Below, piece by piece: positions 12,601 to 26,387 of a stretch of DNA of 64,000 nt (position 1 is its first letter; the number at the start of each line of letters is the position of its first letter). The position numbers and the translations under genes are program-made. Source of the stretch: Lingula anatina (Eukaryota > Animalia > Brachiopoda); NCBI GenBank assembly GCA_051362555.1, contig CM120641.1, positions 46,072,401-46,136,400 on the forward strand. Reading direction: 5' to 3'. The notes under the pieces were generated by a model. The model did not search any database. It was not told the origin of the DNA and saw only the letters and a list, made by a program, of their open reading frames with translations.

Positions 12601-15600
12601 GAGTAAAGACTACGATCCCGTGCCGTCATTTTGGTTTAAATGTTTTTGTTATGGAGTTATTAGGCCCTAATTACAGATTTTCATTTAACAAAGGCATTAT
12701 TTTGCTTAAAACAACAATAAAAACTGAACTTATCAACAATAAAATCTGAACTAAGACTTTTAAGAAAAATCGCTGGCAGGGTTTTGGAGTACTAACTAGT
12801 GTGATTAAATTGGCATTGAAACAGTAATAGTGGGTGCTCAGGTAAAAGAGAAACTTGAGAAACTGATTTTTCTGTTTTTACCCCAAAATAGTGATTATGA
12901 TGTCACCTGTAAGATGACATGTGGAAATGTTAATTAATTTAGTCACTGAACACTGAACATGTACCCAAAAGAATGTATGTAAGACAGTAAATAAGGAGTT
13001 TTGGGTGAAGGGTGACAATATCCTTAAGAATATTTTAAAGATGATATGTAAGGATTTTCACATGAAGTGATGTAAGAATTCATAGAATAAGGTTTTTAAT
13101 TTATTCATCAAGTTTTATTGAATGAATATATTAGCTGACTGATTGATTGATTTGCCGATCGATTGATTCCATCTATAGTATTTCTTCAATGAATGACAAA
13201 TATTATATAATACAACAAATCCTGCACCTCCACAACAAGATTTTCTCCTCGAGTTGTACACTCTGCTGGAGCCATTTTCTAAGTGGCAGCATTTTTTTGT
13301 GTAACCTGGATTGAATGCCTCTCTGCCACAGCACTCCTTGTGGCGCCTGGACCTGAGACGGTGGTTTTTACCATTACAACACACCTCATTCCTCAGTCTG
13401 TAAAGACCTAAATAAATGTGTATGGATATTATACATGGTTGGAAGGAAAGAGAGAGAGAGAGAGAGAGTTGGAGAGAGGGGCAGTGCACTTAGGAAAAGG
13501 TAAAATTCATTGCATTCATGTTGCATATTTTTTAGACCCCATTCCCACAGATTTTAGATCAATCTATCCCTGTGGGGAGTCTCACTAGATTACTGTCAGC
13601 TTAGCCGGCTTAAGCATCTGTCCCGCCTACTAAAAGCTGTAAGGGGGTAATTAACTGTCGTGCACGCTCAGCTGACTGCAATTAAGTGTGAACCCCCAGA
13701 TGGATCAATCTAAATCTCTGGGAATGCACTCTTAGAAATCATAGATTCATCACACTGCTTTATGATTGTGTTCTCTCTGTAGTATATTATGTAGTAGAAT
13801 ATTATTATATGTTTACTATTTTGCATTTCAAACAGCATTCAATAAAGCACATTACATGAAATTAACACAATTCTTATTTTTACAGTATATAAATTTCTGT
13901 CTCATTTAGACCCACCTTCAATATTCAGTGAAAAGAAATATCTGAACTGTATGGACACATTGTTAATGTTTACTTTCTAGTAAAAAAATTAACCTTCATA
14001 AAGCACATTTTTTTTAAAAAATGTGGGTTGCAACATATTTGATTCTCGGACTAGTTAGTCCTCAGGTCAACTGGTTGTGAATCCTTCCTTAGGTGTCGAT
14101 TTTGCATACATTGGTTGTATACGATATATATGCCTACCTTTTCCACAGCACCCGTATGTGTTACTGCTACCTTCCCTGACACCATCATTACAACATAACT
14201 GTATTGAAGGAGAGTAACTTTGTTCACTGTTGCAACACAACTGCGTGTTGATGTCATACACAGTGTTACCGCAGCAGCCATATTGCCCAGAACTCTCACT
14301 GTAATTCAGAAGTTTACCTGACATTAAAAAAAAAAAACAAAATTAAGAAGTTAAGATTAAAGATAATATCAGATTTGTGATTGTTCATGTTCTTCATTCT
14401 CGAGAGGTCACTCCGTTGGCAGTGATGACTTGCCTGTAAAACATATTGCATTACTGTGATAATATTACGGATACCCTTGCCACCATAACCTGAAATCTGT
14501 TTTATTTTATTTATTTTTTTTTTTATGATGTTTTCAATTTCTGGACTATGTATGTAAGATTTTTATCATGGCTTATGTTAAATATTATGTAAAAGAAATT
14601 AGAAATGTTTTTAAAAACGGTTCTTACCCCTGCAACAAATCTGATGGTTTGAATCATACAGAGTTCTATTGCATACAGCTGTCTGGGTTGGTGATGTTTT
14701 AGCGATGATTTTTCTACGGACCCTGTCACAAACCTCAGTGGAGCTATTGTAGAACTTTCCAGCAGGGCCACAACATCTGGTGGTGGCATGGATTTCAGAT
14801 GCTGGTTTTATTTCATGTTTCAGGGAAGTGGGAAATAAAAGGGTGTTGGTGCAGCATCTCTCCTGAGGCTGGTGGTACACCTCGTTTCCACAGCACCATG
14901 TATTATCTCCTGTGGAAGTTTATTAAACAATGCTAGCTATTCACTATACCCTCTACCAGGGCGACAGATTGATTTTTCACAAGATATTCGCAGTTATATG
15001 TCTTTAGACAGTCATTTCTTTCTCTGCCAATAATATCTACCACCCTAGTAAAGAGTAGCTATCCACTGTATTCTGTGCAGATTAAAGATGGAGGGTAGAT
15101 AATGTTCATTCTGAGAAAATTTTTAATTCTGATTTCTTTAATTTGTGCAAAGCCCCCTTTACGCTGACAGCATCCTTTCTACATCCCATAATATGGCCTC
15201 ATTTAAGAGTAAAAATTTTTCATTAAATTTATTAAAATAATACTTAAGGTAATGACAACTGGCTGATCATTGAGCATCCATTCTGCAACCAAAGCAATTA
15301 TGTTTGTACCTCCTTTCTATGACCACAGTGATGCCAGTTTCAGATGGTTGCACAAAGGACACAGAAAGGAAGCCGTTCAGTGTAAAGGGGGTTTAACCAT
15401 TTGTTTTCAGTATCTTGAAGCTACTGTAATTCAGCTTTTTGCAATTTAGCCTTTCTCTTTTTGATTTGGTTCGGTATGATTTAAGTTCTTTCATCTTACC
15501 ATGCAGTTTTCCACGTACTTCCCCATTACAGCAGATAGACTGTGACCTGTTAAAGCTCACTGCAGTCTTCATGCCACGTGAAATACAGCAGTCTATGTCA

Positions 15601-16372
15601 GGATTTTCTGTAATGCTCAGAACTTTGTCTCCACAGCATATTTGTTCATTGATGTGGTACGGTACTCCAGCCCCTTTGTATTAGACAAAAAATAAGTTTG
15701 TGAAATGTCTACAGATTTCTGCATGCCCCATGTCACTTGGAGATGTATATTTAGACCCCACAATCATTTTTTTCAATCCATCATTTTAGGGAACTGGACA
15801 TGGAAAAAAATTCTTGAGATATGGGACATTAATTATGTCGCTCACTAAAAATGTTTTTAAAAGGGGATTAATGGTTTGATATATATTTTAAACAGGAAAA
15901 TGGAACTGCATTTTTTATATTGACTGCAAATATTATTTGAATGTTTTTCTACAAATATTATAACTTGTCATATTTTTGCTTTTTCCATACATTTGATTTT
16001 TTTCTTTATTCTTTATTATATAATTATTTTGCTGTGATAAATACCACTGCAGCATTGATCCTGCCTGCCCTTTTGGTACACGTGACCCCCACAACACATA
16101 TCACGTTGAGGATCGTAGCATGTTCCATTTTGGTTGTCCCCATGTTGTTGTTGCCCATTGTGTGAGCCACAGTGGTTCATACCTTGGTCTTCACATGATT
16201 TCTGAGACATGAAATGACCTTGGATGACACCTTTAAGGGATAATAGTCACTAACTTATGCATAGTCAACCAGAAGGAATTTTGACAAAAGATGCATTATT
16301 TACTGATAATAAAGTACACTCACCGAGCATCAATAAAACCCCTGATAAGTCGAGGATTGGGTTGTGCTTCAT
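6675..16372 (-). CDS. Galaxin-like secreted Cys-Cys repeat protein with C-terminal NTR-like domain (gene A, 10 coding exons, ~625 aa)
   Basis: Exons 16372-16324, 16230-16045, 15673-15500, 14909-14628, 14317-14138, 13407-13228, 12238-12072, 8703-8495, 8269-8142, 6997-6675. All introns GT-AG, phases consistent, total 1878 nt. N-term MKHNPILDLSGVLLMLGVIQG (weak signal), repeated CC-G...Y(N/D)x4-CC units, tail VLQGKVAK...DTCNCSTTL. The donor at 13227 (GTGCAG) is weak. Confidence 0.85.
9045..11902 (+). mobile_element. Non-autonomous Helentron/HINE-like element in intron 7 of gene A
   Basis: 5' subTIR attgtaccaccagc (9049-9062) with an adjacent partial inverted copy (9069-9080), then a ccgtccggtccgttccg microsatellite-like tract and a central tandem array. 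3' subTIR gctggtggtacaat (11853-11866), hairpin gaggcg-gtat-cgcctc (11872-11887), CTAG then a T-run; T-rich insertion site. Confidence 0.8.
10035..11700. repeat. 146-bp tandem satellite array (~10 units in two blocks) inside the HINE-like element
   Basis: ggcagagataggtcc recurs at 10051, 10197, 10343, 10489, 10635, 10780, 10926, then 11263, 11409, 11597. The two blocks are separated by a re-duplication of the pre-array segment (9769-10040 copied at 10981-11250). Confidence 0.95.
12334..13023. mobile_element. Non-autonomous TIR element with TTAA TSD (Kolobok-like)
   Basis: TTAA|ggatattgtaaccctt ... aagggtgacaatatcc|TTAA: 16-bp TIR with one mismatch and RR..YY termini. Confidence 0.75.
13535..13732. 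mobile_element. ~200-bp MITE (PIF/Harbinger-like), copy 1
   Basis: TIR cattcccacagattttagatcaa / tcaatctaaatctctgggaatg; near-identical copy at 49106-49307; TTA/TAA-like flanks. Confidence 0.75.
15150..15395. mobile_element. MITE with ~30-bp imperfect TIRs
   Basis: cccccttttacgctgacagcatcctttct ... agaaaggaagccgttcagtgtaaaggggg. Confidence 0.55.
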
Positions 16373-18511
16373 AATTGCAGCAGATGACCAAGTTCTGGGA
16401 AGTTTGCATAATTTTTGGAGGAAATATGTCTCTTTTATACTGGTATATGGCCCCGTGCGAAATTCCCAAATATAAATAAATTTTGTACTTTTCAGTTTCA
16501 ACATCCTGCTTATATGTGAAAGTGACAGTAATCAAATTGTATAAACTTCATGTACATTGTTTTTAACAGAGATGAAAAGAGGAAAAAAGTGAAGGCAGAC
16601 AATCAATTTTAATTAATTGTTATTGTGAAAATTTCAATGAAATGACTTAATAAAGATGTATACAGTAAAACATGACTTTAATTTATTTTACTGAAAATAA
16701 GTTAGAATGCATATTAAATATAATAAACTATAAGTGCACCTTGGGTTTACTAGATTAAAACATTTTATTCAAAATGCATGAAAGAAATAGAAAACTGACT
16801 CATGTACTTGTGACTAAAAAATAAAACAGCCACAGAATAAAAACACACAATGGAGGGAAGACTAATAATTAACAAAGTAGAGATATGTAAATATGATATA
16901 TCAATACGATAACATGAAATTCTAAATAGTTAACAAGTGTTTTCTTTAGCTGGTTTCATTGATTGTGTGTCACAGTGTAGCCCATTTCAATGTGCCAAAA
17001 ACTGCCTTTTCAGTCCTGTCTATATTATGCTTTGTATCAGTTCAGATGTACAGTGACTAGTCTATATTTGGAACTCGTGTTTTCTAAAAACGAAAACAAA
17101 ACTACCTAGTTTAAATTCAACGAGTAACAATTGTGGAATATCATGTAAATGTTAACAATTGTAAAAAGTTGTCAATATCTCAAAAAATCTCCTCAAAAAT
17201 GTTACCAGACTGGCCTGAATTTATCAAAAATTATGCTTAATTATTAACAATACTATGTCTGAGGTCAAATAAAATCGTGCGTCCTTCAACTACAAAACTT
17301 AAAAAATGACAAAAATATGACCATTACATTTAATGGTGCAAGAAACATAATTGCCTTATATACTTATATATGTTTGATACAAAGTATCTATATATCACAG
17401 ATTGCCTTTATGTAATTTGTAAATTGAATACCAGAAAATGTTGAAATACTTGTAAAATTCACGATAAATATTCTATCTGATATATATTTAAGCACTGACC
17501 AGGAATATATCAAAAAGACATCATTACAAACATACTAGTATTAGGTAATTATTAACTTATGACAAAAGCAAGTTGCATTGTTTGTTGCTGATCTTGAAAC
17601 GAGTATAAAAACATCAAGTGTAAATTAACATAACAACATATAATATATAACCTTCATCCCATTTAACCAGTATTTAAGCTTTTACTAATAAATGCAAGAG
17701 TTCTTTTTTTCTTCTGAACTGCAAAACCATATAAATATTCATTAGTCCATTTCAAGTCCATCTACTTTGGTGAATAACATGAAGTCACATATTAGGGAAA
17801 ATGCATCACTGGATTGTGCAAAAGATCCAACTGGTCTATAAATGCAATAGATGATCTGTTTTTCTTCAAAACTGTTTATTTTCATCATTGGTCTGTATCC
17901 ATGGCTCACTAAGCAGTTTTATCCAAGTTTTCCGTCAGTGTTGATGACTCCCCTCTTCACAAGGATGGAGCTGAAGAGATGGAATTGAACCTCTGTTATT
18001 GTACTATTCCCCCAGGGTTTAGTTAGTTGTGCCAAAGATCACCACAATGAGTGCTGGAAGCAATATTAATAAGCGGAGCTGAATTAAGCGGAGAGAGATC
18101 ATCAATGTTAGAAGAATTTCTAATTGTTAATTTCTTGAAAGTTTTTCGTTTTTAAGCAAGCTGTGCAAAGTATTAGTGTGTTGGGAAAAAACAAAGAGCA
18201 TCAGAATTCTGAAATTGATTTTAGATGTTAAATATCTATTCAAAAGAAACAGAAAAGCTGATAATAAATGAAATTCTGCTTAAATATGAGAAGCTGATTT
18301 TAATCTATAAAACTCTTTCATTCAAAAGCACTTTACATGCTTATACGTAACTAAAACAGAAAAAATTTCTTAGTTTCAGATTCAGTAAGAAATAAGGGGA
18401 AATCACTTCCTTAACAATATCCTAAAATGATTGGTTAGGGTAACTGAAAACTAAAATTGATAGTAGTGATAGCAAGCAGAGATGGTGATTGATGGTATTT
18501 ATTCACTAGAT

Positions 18512-21500
18512 TTATGTACCTAAAATTTCCAGCAGTTTAGACTTCCTTCTACTTCCAGTATTTCTCGTGGCACGTATTTTAGGTCTTTGGTGTTGAATTT
18601 TATTGACTTGACTTGTTGTTCCTTGATCGGTGACCATAGGACACCCTTCTACTTCAGTCCCTACAGGGTATTTTCTACCAAAACAGCAAACCTGAAAAGA
18701 AAATGACCTTTTAAAGGGCATTCTAACAGTGCACTATTTGTTAATTAATTTTTTTTCTGAAACTAAAACTGGATAAAAAGAGGGAATAACCGTGTACCTT
18801 TACCATCACTTTCTTTTCAATGATAAAAATTTTGACTAAGTCATGCTTCATTTGCTTAGTGTACTATTATGAAAGGAAAAAAACGTATACTTCAAGTGAT
18901 TTTGAAACTGAAAATACATAAATATTTGCACTAGAGTTTGGTCATTACTTTCTTTGTATTACCATTATAGAAAGAATGATTGGTGTTATATATTCTACTG
19001 TTCATATCCATCTTTTGTAGTGAATGAGTCATACACAGACGATATTGAAAATCATATGATATTGAATAAAACCAGGAAGAGGAAATCACAGAGATTGAAC
19101 AATGCAGACCAGGAAAATGTATTGAACCAAAGAAGGGAATTTTCTTTCTAATGTGTTCACAACCGTCATAATAACCCTTGGTATGTGTGGGAAGGATTTT
19201 TCTTGTTTATCTGACAGAAACTGACATCGCTTTGTCTTTTATAATGGTATAATGTGCATATTTTCCTTTTTAAACAAATTTAAAACTTCTGGGGGGGGGG
19301 GTACACCCTGGTACTATTCTCATTTGACTACAACTTACCTCCCTGTGCTTGTTGTAGGTGGTCACTTGGCCTATACTATATCCTGTACAACAAGTATCAT
19401 CATCAGGGCGGCGTTTTAGAGTAGGTTTGTTATCGCAGCAGATCTGGCCATCCCCCAGGACTGCGTCGCCACAGCAAGGTGTGTCCAGACCACGCACTTG
19501 TCCTGTGGAAAAAAAAAGGAATTGCATAGTAAAATAAAAAGTAATTAGGTGTTTAAATGAACAATGAAACAAATTAACCTCTAGAATAGCATAAAAAATT
19601 TTTCATTTTATTATTTTGTATATTTTTAATTAAAAGAGCAGAAGAATATAGTCACACACAAATATACTATAAATATATATAATGTGTCTCTGACTTATCA
19701 TGTAGATGGGGTTATGTAAAAAGCAGTTGAAAAAATAAGAACTAAATTGGGTCATTCAAGTTGTTTTACAAGCATGGAAGTATTTTCTGACAATTTAATA
19801 TTAGTTTACATGTATATATATTATATATACTGGGGTACTGTATGTGAATACGTAGATAAATAGAAACTAATAGGACTTTCCATACCTCCACAGCATTGCC
19901 TGGTCTGGATGCTATAGGTAGCAGCACCACAGCAACCAGTATTCCCCATGCCGTAAGTCAGAGGTTGAAGAGCATTGTTACAGCAGATGTTCTCCAACTT
20001 GTTGTAGACTTTTCCTTCAACGGCTTCCATGCCATCGCCCTTGCAACATGCCTGATTGGGGTTGTCTGCTTTACTGAGAATCTGGTTGTTGCAGCAGAAG
20101 TGACTGCTTTTGTTGTAGATCCCAACACCTGTGAAAATATGTACAAAATCAAAATGTACTTCAACAAGAAAAACCTAATAAACATGTTTGAATTAAAACA
20201 GCCAACTTTTTTGTGTTAACTGCAAACACACACACACAAAAAAAAGCATTACAAATAGTACATTTTTAATTATGTACTGCTCTATCAGGCTGAAAATCTG
20301 AAAGGACACTTTTTTCAATGTTTTAGCATATTTCTAAGCCTTCACATCTTTTTCTAAGTAAAACAGATTAAAATGAATTCATAATTTTGCAGTGCATTTC
20401 AGACACAGGTTCAGGTTTATTTTCTTTTTAAGTTTTTATTTTAAAAGTTATCAGTAAAAAACCACTTAACTACTTCACTTACCTTCACAGCACTCTGTGT
20501 CATCGCTATCTTTATTGAAAAGTGAACTTTTGCAGCAAACTTGTTTGTTAGGGTCAAAACAGTTGCCATGCAACCAGTCCCCTTGATGTGCTCTTGTAAA
20601 ACAGACACGCAGACCATTTTTAGAACATGTTCTGAGGCTGCAAGACTGTGTTAAACCTATAAAGAATATAATCACTATCTTTGTACGTTGTACTTTGAAT
20701 ATCGAGAGATTATACTAAGTGCATTAAATAAAGAATTGAGAAACCATCAAGGCTAAAAAGTCTTGGTATTATATATATACCTTAAAAGTACATTAAGTTA
20801 GTAATAGCAACAGTACATATCTTAGTAAGATATTTTTTAATAACTATATATTCCTTGAAAACTCTGCATCAATGTTACGTAATTATCTATTCAAAAATAT
20901 TTTATGTGTTTATATCCATCTGATTTAACAACACATAAATGCACTTATTTAAATATCTTTTATTTTATCTATTTATCCAGCATTATCAATTTCAAAAATT
21001 TACTCACAGTCCGTCCCATTGTCCACCACCTGAAAGTCATTACAACAGGTTTTTGAGGTCTTGTTGTAAATCCTGGTACCGCAGCATTTGCTGTCATCCT
21101 TCCCATAAGTCAGTGGTTGAAGTGTCTGATTGCAGCAGGTATAGCTAGTCGTGTCGTAGACATTCTGGTCACAACATGCCTTGTTGGAGCTGATTTCTAG
21201 GACAGAGCTGCCACAACAAAAGTGACTGCTTGTATTATAGGCCAACTTTGCTTCTGAAAATAGAAATAATCGATGGATTAATTTTGATATTGTGTATACT
21301 TTCAGAGGGCGAGAATTCCAGTTTTCATTAGCCATATTACTGAAAGGCTTTATTGGTGAACTTAAGTCATAACTGGCAAAAATTATTTGGTGTTGATAGT
21401 AATGTTATAATTTCTTGCAAAAAGGGTGATAAAGGGTGATTCAGTTAAGATGAATATCCCTTTTAATGTTTTTTTTTTTTTTTTTTTTTTTTTTTTGTAA

Positions 21501-22621
21501 ATATTAAACAGCTATTTTCAATTAAATAACAGCTTACCATAACAACATTTTGTGTTTGGGAGATTTGGCCACAATTCTTGTCCACAGCAGATTTCTTTCT
21601 TAGGATCATAACAAGTAGCATTGACAAAATCACCAAAGTTTGCCCTTGTAAAGCACGGCTGGAGACCCTTGTCTCGGCACTCTGTTAATGTATATGCTGC
21701 CTCTGGTTGAACAACCCCATCTGGAAAAATATTGCTTACTGAGTAACGAAGAGTAAGGATCAACAGTAAAATGAACTCTTAGATGGTCAAAAACTTGTCA
21801 CCACATTTTAGATCATTTAAAAGTATTTTTTTATAATTTACATAGCTCCCTAAATCTGGTACATGTACATGTAAAAAAATAGTTTCATGCCTTTTTTCAA
21901 TGATATCTCAAAAAAGTAATTTGGATTTTATTCCATTTATATCATGCAAGTTCTGTGGTTAATATTTAACTACATTGTACAATATATTATACCCCAGTGT
22001 GTTTGTAAAGTTAATTAATAATCTTGTAGAACTCCACTTTACTATTATTTAACCTTAGTCCATTATGAACAGTGTGAACATTCTGAAAAAAAAACTTTTA
22101 AAAATTCTTAACTTTTTCAGAACTGTTGTGTCAGCGAAATCAAAGAATATTTCCGTTATGATTCACTTTCACTTTCAGAAACGGTTTCACAACTAGCACA
22201 ATAGATCGGAAACTGTGGGCGGGGGGAAATGCCCTCAATTTCCAGGGTGAGTCAATCTAGTACATTGTGCTCTGTCTCAACTACCACAATGATCAGTATT
22301 CTAACTCACATCTCTGAGACCGCTACAGTCTCTGTAAAATATTTATAATATACATAGTTTTTTCAGCAGTTTTCTGTTACCATTATATAGCAGTTCAGAA
22401 ATAGAAGAAAAAAAACTAATGAAAAAAGAAAAAATATATATAATTCTAAACTGTTACTGGTGATACAGTGAAGATGTAATTTCTCTCACTGAATGACCAT
22501 CAAAGAGATGTTTTTTAGTAACATTATTTTTTCTCTCATAAAAGTCTATATGTGTATACTTACCACAGGTGGTTGAAATTAAAACCAGAAGTGCTGATAT
22601 GAGTATTCCACTGTATCCCAT
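18512..22621 (-). CDS. Galaxin-like secreted Cys-Cys repeat protein without NTR-like domain (gene B, 7 coding exons, ~415 aa)
   Basis: Exons 22621-22564, 21720-21538, 21253-21008, 20656-20483, 20128-19886, 19502-19339, 18691-18512; GT-AG, 1248 nt. Signal peptide MGYSGILISALLVLISTTC, CC repeats, basic tail RPKIRATRNTGSRRKSK. An alternative ATG lies at 22630. Confidence 0.9.
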
Positions 22622-22728
22622 AGTTTTCATGAATGAATAAATACACATTGCACTGTTCATAAATTGAGATATTAATATCAGATCTATCGTTGCTTGGCAG
22701 TGATACTTTCTTAGTAAAGGCAGTAATA

Positions 22729-22766
22729 AACTGAAGGCATACATGTAGGGTCAATACTTTTATATA
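22729..22766 (-). promoter_or_regulatory. TATA box and initiator of gene B
   Basis: Minus strand TATATAAAA (22766-22758) followed ~30 nt from its start by TCAGTT (Inr-like), about 110 nt upstream of the ATG. Confidence 0.6.
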
Positions 22767-23783
22767 CAAGGTTTGTGAAACAGCTAAGTGCATTATTTTC
22801 ATCTTATATGTCATTTTGGAAAATTGAGACCAGTATATGGTTAGTAATTCCATTCCTGACCAGCACTCTCCACTTCCTGTACCTGTCCATCTAGTTTCTA
22901 ATACTAGTTTCAGGATCACATTAGAAAAACAATAGAATTAGTGGAAGTGTTGAAAAAAAGAGATGAGAACATAAAATTAGACATTAACAATCATCACATA
23001 TTGGGAAAGTAGAGAAAGTGGAAAGAACATTTTCAGATATACAAGTAGATAATTTGTGTATTTGAACTATTAGTCATGAATTCTTGCTAATCCAGTCTTT
23101 TAATTCAATCTTCTTGTTAAGGTATTTTGACTTCATGTGAAAGGTATGTCTAATATATTTCATGCAGTTACTGTTTATACTGTATATTTGATATTCATTT
23201 TTTGTTAAATAAGTTGTTATTTTAATCATTTGTTTATTGCTCCAATTATTGATCAGTTTATTCCATTCTTTAATTTTTTTAGTTGTCTGTCTAAAAAAAC
23301 AAAATACTTATTTATTGATTCCTGAAGTAAATGATAGGAAGAAGGATAACAATTTTATTCTTTTTCTTTTTTTTGTAAGTTGGAAGATCTTTTGATAGGC
23401 ACTCAAATTTCTGATCGGACTTTTTTGTGTCTGAGTATTATCTTGCAGGAAATATGTTCTAAAATGAGGTTTCACATACCTCTTTTTATTATTAGAAAAA
23501 TGAGGGGAAATATTGGATACCAAATATCAGTATTATGAGGGACTTTTCCATCACCAAGATTGGCAGTCTGGTTAGTTTCCATGGATCCTTGTTCCTTGTA
23601 TTTGACATTCAAAATATGTATCATTGTGTATAGGAAAATGAGATTCCCACAATTATCGCTTCAGCATGTTAATCAATTGAGGAAAACTGAAAAGATTCAT
23701 GTATTATCGGTAAGAAATGTCTAAATTTATACATTGTAGATCTGAGATTTATAGCTTGTATTTATAAGTATCTGTTAATTATT

Positions 23784-23827
<44 letters not shown>

Positions 23828-26387
23828 TTTTATATATTTATTTTTATTTTTGACATGCTATACATTTAGTAATGAAAATTACTGAAAAATTTCCAAGAAA
23901 ATATATAATATTGAAATAATTAACTTTAAGCCTTAGGGATAGAATTTTTTCAGTATGATCTTCTTAGTGAAAATCATTGAAAATTTTTTCATGAAAAATA
24001 TGATTGTGAAACATGCCTGTAGGGATAGAATATACAATGGCTTTGTTGTTCTACATGTTATTGATATCTTTGGATAAACTGCCAAGCTTCCAATATACAG
24101 TAAAATTATGTGATTTCATGAGCATTGTAGATTTTTAGAAAGAGAGGAGTTTCTGGGTTTTGGGGTGGGGGGAGTAATGTTTCCATTATGGTATCAAACT
24201 GGATGAGTTTTTTTATGTACATGTTTCTCCAATGGACAGTTAGACCTAGTATTTTTTGTCTGACGCCACCTTATCCTCATGATTAATTTTGTTTCTACTA
24301 CCTCATACCACAAACAAATTAGGATCAAATCTTCATGGAAATTTGATGTCATCATCAAAATTAAAAATTATTATGAAACTTATAATCAGCTAATAAAGTC
24401 ACATCCTTCAAGACAGGAAATGTTTTTTTTTTACTTAAGGTGTCTTTAAAGGTTAAAAAAAAACACTATTGTCAGATTTCAAAACTGACAAAGAGACTAG
24501 TATGGTTATAAATTATTCATGAATTTAACTTTCTAAAATTTCCTACTGTAGCCCCTCACTGATACCACAGCAACAGCAATATCTTTTTAAAAAAGTGTGA
24601 TTCAGATTATATCAGCCAAAGCTTTGCTCTTATCTCAAATGGTCTTCTGAAGTGTACTAGATGTAAAAATCAAGTGTACCATTTTGTTGTCAGACTTAAA
24701 GTCAACAACCTCTTTATTAAGAGCAAAAGAAGGACATTAACTTAAGTCATTGTTTGAGTGAATATTACTTCAAGCAAAAACAGACAATGTTTTTTATTTA
24801 TTTATTTTTATTTTCAAGCAAATATAATTACAGCATATTCATTGAAACAAAATGTTTTTTTCTTCTCAATACTGCAATAAATTTATATATTTAAGCAATT
24901 TAAATTGATTGATAGCCTAATGCTTGTGATGTTCGCAACTCATGTAATACTTTGTAATAGATCTTGCAGTGTTTTCAGTGATACAGCTATGTCCACTCTC
25001 CTGAAAGTGACAACAGTTATATCAAGAATATTACACAAATCTTCCCACACACAGGTTTCCCAAGTGTATTGAAGCAGACCTTGCTTGTTAAATATCATTT
25101 ACAAACACATATTATTCTTTTTTCAAAGCCATTATCACTGCCTCACTGAGTCATTAACATGAATATGAATTTGTCCCTATTGTTTTTAAATATTAATATA
25201 TTTAAAACATGAATTTTCACTCTGTATCTTTTGGGAGAGCTCCTATCTGTATAAAGCCTCTACTTGGCAACTATAATTAAGAAGTGCTCTTCATTGGCAA
25301 CTTGGGCATATCATTTGTCGGTTGGTGTTGGATAACCTTTCAACAATTAGTCTTGACATCTCAAGTGGTATTTGATCAGGTTACATTTGTTGTAGTTGGT
25401 GAGTTCTTGAAAAAAAATTTTGACCAGAAAAAAATTCATTAAACTAATGTTTTCCAACTGTCACCTCTAAACTACCAATACCCCTTTACTTTGAAATGAA
25501 TTATCATTTGAAAAAAGCCTATATACACATACGTTTATAAATTAACATACATAAAAATAATAAATGTCTCAAAAGAATTGACTGATTTGAGCACTGGAAC
25601 TTGCCAACAATGGAACTTGCCAACAACCGGAAGATGTATAAATATATTTGAAAATATTTAAATGTATTAAAAAAACAAATTACATGTTAAAATATCAAAA
25701 ATACACATAAAATATTTCCTTCTCCAAACTGACCTGAGTCTGCTTCCTTAAAACATATAACTTATCCACTAGTTGAAGTCTTTAAAAATCCCTTTAATAC
25801 ATTGAAAAAAGCTTGCACAAAATGCTGTAATACTTTTATAATATCCAATAAGAGAAAAAAATAAAGTGACTGGCCTTGACTGTAAAAAAGGATAACTTAA
25901 GGGAACGTTACCTTCTTGGTGCGTTTGTAATGAAAAAATTCCTACTTAATATATTCCTTTAGTCTAAAAATTTTAATGCTACAATAAATTAAGATGTTGG
26001 CCTCACTAAAAACAGTTTCTATCCATCATTTGACCTTATAATAACAATAAAAAGAGTGAGTGTTATGACTGACAGAAATTGCACAATTCATTGGTAAATA
26101 ATACTTCTATCAAGCATCATCAGCACAGGTACTACTAATTTCATTTGATTCAACAAATGTTGTGATTTTTAAATTCACAAAGAATTGATCTTTAAATAAT
26201 TTATCCTTATTTCTTCAACATTCTGAATATATAAGTGATTAATATGTTCTTCTTTGTTTCAAAATGTCTCTTAAATATTTTCAAATAAAAAGCTACAATT
26301 TGTTTAACTTCGCCAATTTTTGACTTTCTGCATAAATTCCTTTTGCCATTAAACAAAATAAAAAAAGTTTTGCTAAAATGCTCAACT

